Positions 19,555 to 26,805 of a DNA stretch of 48,646 nt are shown here, in pieces. The stretch lies in the NCBI GenBank assembly GCA_038065395.1, contig JBBTRB010000002.1, forward strand, positions 1-48,646. Reading direction: 5' to 3'. The notes beneath the pieces are model-generated. The model ran no database searches. It saw only the letters and a program-made list of their open reading frames with translations, and was not told where the DNA came from. Numbering within the stretch: the first letter of the stretch is position 1; every line of letters begins with the position of its first letter. The DNA comes from Patescibacteria group bacterium. GTDB taxonomy: Bacteria; Patescibacteriota; Minisyncoccia; Phycocordibacterales; PALSA-1337. A program made the translations under genes and the position numbers.

Positions 19555-20154
19555 TTATTTGCGGAGCCAATATGTTTTGAGTTCGACTCCAAAATCATAC
19601 ACACCCGTCTCTCCTGCAGAGACACTCAGGCGTGTGACATCCATGATCCTCAAGTTGGCCTCGATGTCCTGGAGGAATCGGATGAACTCCTGATAGGGTG
19701 CAGTCACGGTGAATGAAACGCTGACAGTATCCAAAGTCGGTGTAGATATGTCGACCGTGCGCAGTGTCGTCGCAGCAGCAACTCGAGAAACAGATGTATT
19801 TTGGCCTGTTGAGCCTTGCTGAGTAGCAGTGTTGGGTGCAGAGGCCTTGATACCACGGAGAGTCAGACCGTGACTCTGTGCAACATCCTTGAGATCGATC
19901 ACGAGGCGGATGTTGTCTACACTGCTCGGTATCATCTTGTCGAGATTGTCTCTGTCTTCTTGGGAGATCTTCTTGAAATCTTCGAGGAGTGCTTCGCGTT
20001 TTTTAGTAAGCTCGTTGGCATTATCGAGCGCCTTGAGATATTCGTCGTTGACGACCTTGATGGCTTTGGCCTGAGTGAGCTGACCACTAGTAAAAGTAAA
20101 ATAAATACCGATAGAAAGTATGACGAGTATGAGAGCTGTTGAGTTTCTATTCAT
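19555..20154 (-). CDS. pilO: PilO-like pilus biogenesis protein
   Basis: An N-terminal TM followed by a coiled-coil (AKAIKVVNDEYLKALDNANELTKKREALLED), with matching position and size. Confidence 0.7.
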   Translation of the reverse strand: MNRNSTALILVILSIGIYFTFTSGQLTQAKAIKVVNDEYLKALDNANELTKKREALLEDFKKISQEDRDNLDKMIPSSVDNIRLVIDLKDVAQSHGLTLRGIKASAPNTATQQGSTGQNTSVSRVAAATTLRTVDISTPTLDTVSVSFTVTAPYQEFIRFLQDIEANLRIMDVTRLSVSAGETGVYDFGVELKTYWLRK

Positions 20155-20158
20155 AATA

Positions 20159-20821
20159 TTATGGGGTTGGTGGTTGATCGCTCGGTGCCGCTCCTCCTAT
20201 GGTTTTGGAATAGAGGAGTGTCTGCGGGTCGATCGAGGCCGAGAACCTAAATGAAACATCTGACTTCTCGTTTTCGGTCGGATCCGTCAGGATCGGGTTC
20301 TTGACCACGTCTCGAAGGCCGTATTTCTCGAGTTCACTGAGAACTTTTGCCTGGAATGCAACCGTGAAGAGGTCGAGGCCAGAACCGCTCATGTTTATCT
20401 TGACCTCAGAACTATTCGACCCTGGTGCCCCAGATGACAACTCCATATTCAAGAAGCGAACTCTCTCTGCGGTCAGTCGGGCAACTGAGTCGAAGACTTG
20501 TGATACCGCCAAATGACTATTCAGGAGCTGACGAGCGGTGTTGATCTGCACGTTGACATGCTTCATCTCGGTGATGAGGGGCAGGTCGAAGTTCGCCTCT
20601 CTCTTTTCGAGGTCGGCCTTGTAGGATTCTTGGTTGGAAACCAGGAGATATTTCCATGAATATGCGCCTCCTGCTGCGGCCAGTGACCCGATGAATATGA
20701 TCGTCGCGATAACCATCACGATACTCGATCGTGGACGTTTGATGATCGGCACATTGCCAGCCATACCCGTCGGAGCAACGGGTTTCTTGGGTATAAAAGA
20801 TGTTTGGAACTTGGTTTCCAT
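20159..20821 (-). CDS. pilN: PilN-like pilus biogenesis protein
   Basis: A single TM after a ~30-aa cytoplasmic tail, located immediately downstream of pilM. Confidence 0.65.
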   Translation of the reverse strand: METKFQTSFIPKKPVAPTGMAGNVPIIKRPRSSIVMVIATIIFIGSLAAAGGAYSWKYLLVSNQESYKADLEKREANFDLPLITEMKHVNVQINTARQLLNSHLAVSQVFDSVARLTAERVRFLNMELSSGAPGSNSSEVKINMSGSGLDLFTVAFQAKVLSELEKYGLRDVVKNPILTDPTENEKSDVSFRFSASIDPQTLLYSKTIGGAAPSDQPPTP

Positions 20822-20877
20822 GGTTCCTAGAAATTATACCAGAGAAAGGGGTTTCTCGAGGTGTGTATAACGGGAGG

Positions 20878-21978
20878 CTACTTCAATTCCGCCAGTTTCC
20901 TAAGGGCAATACCGATAGCGACAGCGAACTCTGGACCGGCTTGAGCGAATTCTTCGGCGAGGAAAGCAGGGGTTTCGAGTTTGCCGAAGGGGTCGGCATA
21001 GACCACATCCATTTGGAAACTTATTTTCGCCAAGTCAACGAATCCTTTGAGTAATACGCCTCCGCCAGTCAGAATGATCTTGTTCACGTTTTTACCAAAC
21101 TTCTTTTGATAGTTGAGAAGTGTTGCGTTGGCTTCGTAGAAGGTATAATCCAAGTTCACCGTAATAATTTCGGTGAGTTCTTTGTATTCTGGACCACCTT
21201 TGAGACCGTAGGTGCGCTTCATCGTTTCGGCTTGGCTGATAGATATAGAAAGGGCTTTTGACAATGTCAGCGTGATATCCTGACTACCCTTGTTGATGAT
21301 GTGACTGGCGCGCAACATGCCACGCTCGACGATGTAGAGCTTGGTCGAGCGAGCACCCATATCGATGATCATCACCGTATTCATACCCTGTTCGATCACC
21401 GCACGGATAGAGCTAAAGACTTCGATCTCATAGAAAGACGGTTCGAGGCCACTGCCTGTCATGATCGACTGGTAACGAGAAATGTATTCATTGTGGATAG
21501 CCACCACCAGGACATCGTGACCTTTTTTCTCTACTTTGCTACTTTCATCTTCGGTCACATAGGACTCTTCTTTGGGGATAACGGAATAGTCGAGGAGAAC
21601 TTCGCTCAATGGTACGGGGATATACTTGCGCGCTTCGATCGCGACCACGTCACCGATCTGCTTGTCTGGAACCGGAGGTATCGAGATGAAGGTGATGAGA
21701 CTTGCTGACATTGGCAAGGTCGAGCCACATGATACGGTAGTGGTTTTGGATTCGCGGAGCACGTCTTTGACGGCCATGATGAGCTGTTCTACGGGGAGTC
21801 CTACTGCGCGACCGACTTCGATATTGGCATAGGGTCCCAACGCCAATTCGCCGTATGTTTCCAATACGGCACGACCACGTTTCTTCTTGAGCTGAATGAC
21901 CTTGATAGACGATGACCCAATATCAACGCCAAGAACACTCGATTCCCCCTTGAAGAAAGACGAGAAAAAGGAAGCCAT
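20878..21978 (-). CDS. pilM: PilM actin-like pilus assembly ATPase
   Basis: VLGVDIGSSSIKVIQLKKK, with an actin/FtsA-like fold layout (IIDMGARSTK, ILTGGG). Confidence 0.88.
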   Translation of the reverse strand: MASFFSSFFKGESSVLGVDIGSSSIKVIQLKKKRGRAVLETYGELALGPYANIEVGRAVGLPVEQLIMAVKDVLRESKTTTVSCGSTLPMSASLITFISIPPVPDKQIGDVVAIEARKYIPVPLSEVLLDYSVIPKEESYVTEDESSKVEKKGHDVLVVAIHNEYISRYQSIMTGSGLEPSFYEIEVFSSIRAVIEQGMNTVMIIDMGARSTKLYIVERGMLRASHIINKGSQDITLTLSKALSISISQAETMKRTYGLKGGPEYKELTEIITVNLDYTFYEANATLLNYQKKFGKNVNKIILTGGGVLLKGFVDLAKISFQMDVVYADPFGKLETPAFLAEEFAQAGPEFAVAIGIALRKLAELK

Positions 21979-22007
21979 ACGGTTATTATATACTATAATC
22001 CCTACGC

Positions 22008-22670
22008 ATGTCGCTTATACGTTCATTGTACACTATTATTCTCGAGGCACTCTTCCCTCTGTCAGGACCTGAGCAGGAACTCTTTTCGTATTCCCCTGAG
22101 GAAGCTCTGCAAAAGTTACCCCCTGCACCTGCCACACCGATCCCCGCAACATCTCTTTTTGCTTACAAAGACGAACGTGTTGCAAAACTTATTTGGAATA
22201 TAAAATATAAGAAAAATGCCCTTGCGGTCAAGATTGCCGGGTACGCGCTCTGTCGCACATTGTTGGCAAGGCCAGGCCTTGCCAGTACCCAGCCCAACAA
22301 GACAATCGTGCTTATCCCCATACCGATCACTCCCCGCCGTCGTCGCGAGCGTGGATTCAACCAGTGCGAACTGTTAGTCGACGAGATACACCGACTCGAC
22401 ATGAATTCTCAGTTCATAATTGAAAAGAATGTACTTATTCGTACACAACATACCTCAAGACATACCCTGAAAGGTCGCGAGGATCGCCTCGCTGACGCAA
22501 AAGGAATTTTTGCTACTGTCCCCGAAGTTGCCCGGCAATACGATCCGACTTCGACACGATTCATCATCATTGATGACGTGATCACTACCGGAAGTACGTT
22601 GAAAGAGGCGATGGAGACATTGAAAAATGCAACGGGTGCAGAGGTGAAAGGGATGTCAGTGGCGCATTGA
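22008..22670 (+). CDS. comFC: ComF family phosphoribosyltransferase-domain protein
   Basis: C-terminal PRTase motif FIIIDDVITTGSTLKEA, and ERGFNQ upstream. It is divergent from pilM. Confidence 0.85.
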   Translation: MSLIRSLYTIILEALFPLSGPEQELFSYSPEEALQKLPPAPATPIPATSLFAYKDERVAKLIWNIKYKKNALAVKIAGYALCRTLLARPGLASTQPNKTIVLIPIPITPRRRRERGFNQCELLVDEIHRLDMNSQFIIEKNVLIRTQHTSRHTLKGREDRLADAKGIFATVPEVARQYDPTSTRFIIIDDVITTGSTLKEAMETLKNATGAEVKGMSVAH

Positions 22671-22710
22671 GGAAGGCCACGGAGAGAACATTCCATTTCT
22701 CACCCACGAT

Positions 22711-22757
22711 CAGCCTTGCTCGCATGCACGAAACGCCGAGCAAGGCTGTCTTTTCTC
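22711..22757 (+). terminator. rho-independent terminator after comFC
   Basis: cagccttgctcg-N14-cgagcaaggctg forms a 12-bp stem, followed by tcttttctc. Confidence 0.65.
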
Positions 22758-22857
22758 GGCGTCGCACGCATGGTTACAGAAATGCTTCATCCACGACGCC
22801 TGCGAAGAGGGTTCGAAACGGAACATTCTCTCCGTGGCCTTTGCCAGAGTAACGATG

Positions 22858-24051
22858 CTATCCAACTACCACTTTCACGAATCTCCTCTTCCCCACCTTC
22901 AACACAACTGTTTCTGTTGGAGCAAAATTGGGATCAGTGATCTTGGTGTCATCATTTTTGACTGCACCATCGAGGACTAGTCGACGCCATTCGGTCTTGG
23001 ATTCGACTATTCCAGCTGCGATCAGAGATTCGGCAAGTGATGCGCCTTTTGGGAGCACGACTTCCTCAACATCATCAGGTACACCTTTTTTGGAAAAAGT
23101 ATTGATGAAAGCTTCTTCGGCAGACTGCGCAGCGGATTCTCCGTGAAGTCTCTTGACGATATCTGCGGCGATATGTGCCTTGGCGTCACGTGGTCCACGT
23201 GCCATGAGTGCATCTTTTTCGCCGAGCGGGATGCGTGTGCAGTTCATGAACAGAGGCTCGAGCATCGCATCGGGAAGTGCCATGATCGCGCCAAAGAGTT
23301 TGTCCGGGGTCTGGTCGATGAATACACCGGTGCCGTTGGACTTGGACATGAGCTCACCGGTGACAGGATTTGCGATGAGGTTCAGAGCGATGACGAACTT
23401 GTCTTTGTTCTTGAGACGCTTCATGAGGGTGCGTCCAGCGAGAGCATTGAAGATCTGGTCGGTACCACAGAGCTCAGCGTCGACATCCATAGCGACACTG
23501 TCGTAGCCTTGCATCAGCGGATACATGAATTCATGGAGATGGATCGGGGTGCCGGCCTTGATCCTTTTGGCGAAGAGGTCACGCTCAATCATCTGTTGGA
23601 CGGTGAAGTTCGAAGAAATCTCGATCACATCGGCGAAACTGAGCTTCGAAAGCCAGTCGGCGTTGTATTTGATGAGTGCCGGATTCTCGACATCGTCGAA
23701 ACTGATCAAAGGTTTGATCTGACGGATCCAGTCGGCGACATTCTTCTTTACATCATCAGCAGTGAGCTGGGTACGCACAGCGCTTTTGTCTGGATCACCG
23801 ATACGTGCAGTGAAATCTCCAAAGAGTACGATCACCTCATGCCCCAACACACGTAATTCTTCTAGGAAAATCAGGTTCTTGGCATGACCAAGGTGAATAG
23901 CAGTATGAGTCGGATCGAGACCATAGTAGATGCGGATACGGTCGCCTGACATGAGCTTGTCTATGAGTTCTTTCTTGGAAGGAAAGGCTTCGACGAGCGT
24001 CCCGCGGGTACACATGTCCTCAATACGTTTTTTGTCAGTGATAACCTTCAT
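22858..24051 (-). CDS. tyrS: tyrosyl-tRNA synthetase
   Basis: YYGLDPT...IHLGH (HIGH-type), ELMSKSNG (KMSKS-type) and a C-terminal S4-like domain. Confidence 0.93.
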   Translation of the reverse strand: MKVITDKKRIEDMCTRGTLVEAFPSKKELIDKLMSGDRIRIYYGLDPTHTAIHLGHAKNLIFLEELRVLGHEVIVLFGDFTARIGDPDKSAVRTQLTADDVKKNVADWIRQIKPLISFDDVENPALIKYNADWLSKLSFADVIEISSNFTVQQMIERDLFAKRIKAGTPIHLHEFMYPLMQGYDSVAMDVDAELCGTDQIFNALAGRTLMKRLKNKDKFVIALNLIANPVTGELMSKSNGTGVFIDQTPDKLFGAIMALPDAMLEPLFMNCTRIPLGEKDALMARGPRDAKAHIAADIVKRLHGESAAQSAEEAFINTFSKKGVPDDVEEVVLPKGASLAESLIAAGIVESKTEWRRLVLDGAVKNDDTKITDPNFAPTETVVLKVGKRRFVKVVVG

Positions 24052-24072
24052 GCGATCCAGTATAGCGATATT

Positions 24073-24954
24073 TTATGAAGATTGCATCTGCATCTGGGTC
24101 TGACAGATACTACTACATCCAGCTGCCCTATCGTGTGGAGCACATCCTTCACAGGCGATGAAATGATGTGGGCAGGATAGATTGCCACAGTTGATATAGC
24201 GTTCGGTGCTTGTGCCACAGAGTTTGCAGGTACCGATGACCGTTCGTGGTCCACCAAAATCCATCGTCACGCGTCCGTCGAATGTGTAGAGGGTTCCCAA
24301 GAAATTTTGCCCAGGATACTTCTCCATATATGAATGAATACCGTTCTCGAGTTGGTACACTTCGCCGAAACCTTGGTCGAGGAGATACGCCGACATCTTT
24401 TCGCAACGAACTCCGCCGGTGCAGACGGTGACTACGGTCTTGTTTTTGAGTGGCGCCAGCTTTTCGACTGCCTCGGGCAGATCACGAGAGTTGCGCAATC
24501 CTGGGTCGACAGAGCCTGCGAAGCGACCAGAGTCGATCTCGTAACTATTGCGCATATCGACGACTACGAAATCTTTTTTGTTCTCGTACCATGTATGAAG
24601 TTCTTCTGGAGAGAGATGTGGTGCGGTTTTGACAGCGGGGTTGATCCTGTCTTTGGGTAGTCGTGTACCGACGATCTCATCGCGAACCTTCACCGAAAGT
24701 TTCGGAAATGTTTTCCCTGTTCCTGCACTGCGCTTGATGTTGATATTCGCAAAGCGGGGATCAGACATGAATTCTGTTACGAACTCGTCGGTATGTTCTT
24801 TGAGTCCTTCGACGGTTGCATTGATACCCTCGGTCGCAATGATGATGCGCCCCTTGAGATGCAACTTCTCACACAAGCCCCGTACCCGCGTAGCGAGTTC
24901 CTGAGTGTCATCCAGTGGGGTATATAAATAGAAAAGAAGTACTTCGTATGTCAT
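24073..24954 (-). CDS. trhO: rhodanese-domain protein of the UPF0176/TrhO (YceA) family
   Basis: N-terminal LLFYLYTPLDD...GRIIIATEGINATVEG, rhodanese active loop CTGGVRCEK and a Cys-rich C-terminal tail. Confidence 0.85.
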   Translation of the reverse strand: MTYEVLLFYLYTPLDDTQELATRVRGLCEKLHLKGRIIIATEGINATVEGLKEHTDEFVTEFMSDPRFANINIKRSAGTGKTFPKLSVKVRDEIVGTRLPKDRINPAVKTAPHLSPEELHTWYENKKDFVVVDMRNSYEIDSGRFAGSVDPGLRNSRDLPEAVEKLAPLKNKTVVTVCTGGVRCEKMSAYLLDQGFGEVYQLENGIHSYMEKYPGQNFLGTLYTFDGRVTMDFGGPRTVIGTCKLCGTSTERYINCGNLSCPHHFIACEGCAPHDRAAGCSSICQTQMQMQSS

Positions 24955-25021
24955 AGAGCGATTCTAGCAGATCAGAGGTAGGGAGCAAATGGTATTTTCA
25001 GACTATATAAAAAAGCGGCCA

Positions 25022-25543
25022 CTAAGGTTTAGTAGTCGCTTGGTTCAACTCCCGTTTCGAACTCATAAGGAAGACTGCCCAGGAAGTACGAAGAGGATCA
25101 ACTGCATAATCAATGAGACGCAAACCTCGTGGTGTTCGTCGCCAGTTATGAGCACCTCTCTCATGCACATCAGATTTCCAGAGCCATTCTTGAACTTGCA
25201 AACTGAGACTTCTATACAACCTCTCGATCTCTTCTGTAGTCGGTTTTTCTTCACCTTGATAGATTTGGAAACTACAGATACCGAGAGTGAAGACAGGGGT
25301 CAGATAGGAAGCATCGGGTCGAAAAGTAAAATGATATACGAGAGCCTCCGATACATTCGCTATCATGCCATACAACAAAGCACTGTAAAGCCTTGAAGGT
25401 ACTCTTCTCAAAAAACTCAACAAGCTTTTTCGTTCTTTGAAACTCGATACATAGTCACCGAATCGTAAGTTAGGGAACTTTATCACCCATAGATTGAATA
25501 AAATTAAGGCGACTCGGGTATTACCCTTTCGAATCTTGATCAT
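25022..25543 (-). CDS. hypothetical protein (173 aa), orphan next to element copy 2
   Basis: ORF only. There is a weak kinase-like stretch (HERGAHNW...GLRLIDYA), which I do not regard as an assignment. Confidence 0.45.
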   Translation of the reverse strand: MIKIRKGNTRVALILFNLWVIKFPNLRFGDYVSSFKERKSLLSFLRRVPSRLYSALLYGMIANVSEALVYHFTFRPDASYLTPVFTLGICSFQIYQGEEKPTTEEIERLYRSLSLQVQEWLWKSDVHERGAHNWRRTPRGLRLIDYAVDPLRTSWAVFLMSSKRELNQATTKP

Positions 25544-25618
25544 CTTTTCTCCTTTTGTTTGAATTGGGAACGTGCGATTTACCCCACCCTATCGTAATGG
25601 TGGATAGATGTAAAGTCG

Positions 25619-25778
25619 GGAGGGATTCGAAGCTTACAGCTTCGGTACAGGTTTCGCGTCGTGCTCGCTATGCTCCGCGCGACATGCTCAACCTCTTCTC
25701 ATCCCTCATGCAAGGTGCGCAGGCACCTTGCTCGTCTCCGCAAAATATATTCACTCGCTCTGCTCGCTCGTTATTTTG
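25619..25778 (-). ncRNA. t(m)RNA-3'-end-linked structured element, copy 2 (downstream of tRNA-Ser)
   Basis: A 13-bp direct repeat ggagggattcgaa occurs at 25619-25631 and 25786-25798; the second copy is the tRNA-Ser T-arm. cgtctccgcaaaat at 25733-25746 is the perfect complement of the acceptor 3' strand plus trailer. A hairpin lies at 25710-25731, and atccctc at 25701-25707 is antisense to the T-stem. The core is homologous to copies 1 and 3. Confidence 0.6.
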
Positions 25779-25867
25779 CGGAGACGGAGGGATTCGAACC
25801 CTCGAGACCCTTTGACAGGTCTGCCTCTTTAGCAAAGAGGTATGTTAGACCACTCCACCACGTCTCC
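25779..25867 (-). tRNA. tRNA-Ser(GCU)
   Basis: The reverse complement reads GGAGACG-TG-GTG-GAGTGGTCTAA-CAT-A-CCTCT-TTGCTAA-AGAGG-CAGACCTGTCAAAGGGTCTC-GAGGG-TTCGAAT-CCCTC-CGTCTCC-G. It has a long variable arm and anticodon GCT. Confidence 0.92.
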
Positions 25868-25912
25868 ATATATACAGTAGCGTAACGAGGCAATTCTTGC
25901 ACAAAATGAGGT

Positions 25913-26749
25913 GTGTTACAATCCAAAATCATGTCGACCACCATCCCGCAATTCCGACGAACTATCTGGTCCTACTACCAGAAACATGGTCGCAGTATGC
26001 CGTGGCGGACGAAGATCACTCCGTATCGAGTCGTCGTGTCCGAGATCATGCTCCAACAGACACAAGTCAAAAGAGTATTGGAAAAGTTTCCTTCTTTTAT
26101 TGCACGCTTCCCGACATGGAAAAAGCTCGCGAATGCCTCGACTCACGACGTACTCTCCGAATGGTCGGGTCTCGGGTACAACCGACGTGCTCTTTATCTC
26201 AAACGTATCGCCGAAACGATCACCGACCAGGGTCGCGCAACGGGCGCACTACCGAACACCTACGAAAGTCTCGTGGGGCTTCCTGGTATTGGACCCAATA
26301 CTGCCGGATCGATCCTGGCCTTTGCGTATAATATTCCACATCCTTTCATAGAGACCAACATCCGTTCGGTGTACATCCATTTCTTTTTCAAAAATAAGAA
26401 AAAAGTTCATGACAATCAACTTTTTCCTCTGATCGAAAAGACCGTAGACACAGACAACCCTCGAGAATGGTATTACGCACTGATGGACTATGGTGCGTAT
26501 CTCAAAAGTATCTCTGACAACCCTTCTCGCAAGAGTGTTCACCATGTCAAACAAAAACCATTCAAGGGTTCTAACCGAGAACTCAGAGCCACGATTTTGC
26601 GGATGATCCTGAAGAAACCTATCCTGCATATGGAGGTCGTATCGCATTTCAGGGAAACATACCCCAGGGAACAAATAGAAACCAATATCTCGAATCTAGA
26701 GAAAGAAGGGTTTATCGTGGAGAAAAAAGGACGATACTGTACAGTATAA
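25913..26749 (+). CDS. HhH-GPD DNA glycosylase, MutY/EndoIII-like, without an evident Fe-S Cys cluster
   Basis: PWR...TPYRVVVSEIMLQQTQV, HhH LVGLPGIGPNTAGSILAFAY and ETNIRSV. No C-x6-C-x2-C-x5-C cluster follows. The start may be at 25931. Confidence 0.8.
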   Translation: MLQSKIMSTTIPQFRRTIWSYYQKHGRSMPWRTKITPYRVVVSEIMLQQTQVKRVLEKFPSFIARFPTWKKLANASTHDVLSEWSGLGYNRRALYLKRIAETITDQGRATGALPNTYESLVGLPGIGPNTAGSILAFAYNIPHPFIETNIRSVYIHFFFKNKKKVHDNQLFPLIEKTVDTDNPREWYYALMDYGAYLKSISDNPSRKSVHHVKQKPFKGSNRELRATILRMILKKPILHMEVVSHFRETYPREQIETNISNLEKEGFIVEKKGRYCTV

Positions 26750-26805
26750 AATAGCAGCTTCGTCAATATCCTCCTCTCCTCCATGATCCCGTACAATAGA
26801 GAGAT

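Noticed and set aside
23143-23856. Long antisense ORFs inside tyrS (23143..23856), ftsH (30224..30859), secY (42752..43285), rpsE (44631..45128), ligA (6288..6809) and pilB (18742..19215)
   Set aside because: These are shadow ORFs opposite strongly supported genes. Their translations are low-complexity or biased and carry no motifs.
24052-24072. A T-box leader upstream of tyrS
   Set aside because: Only 21 nt separate tyrS from the upstream trhO stop, so there is no room for a T-box. The structured region at 22673-22841 is downstream of tyrS, not upstream.
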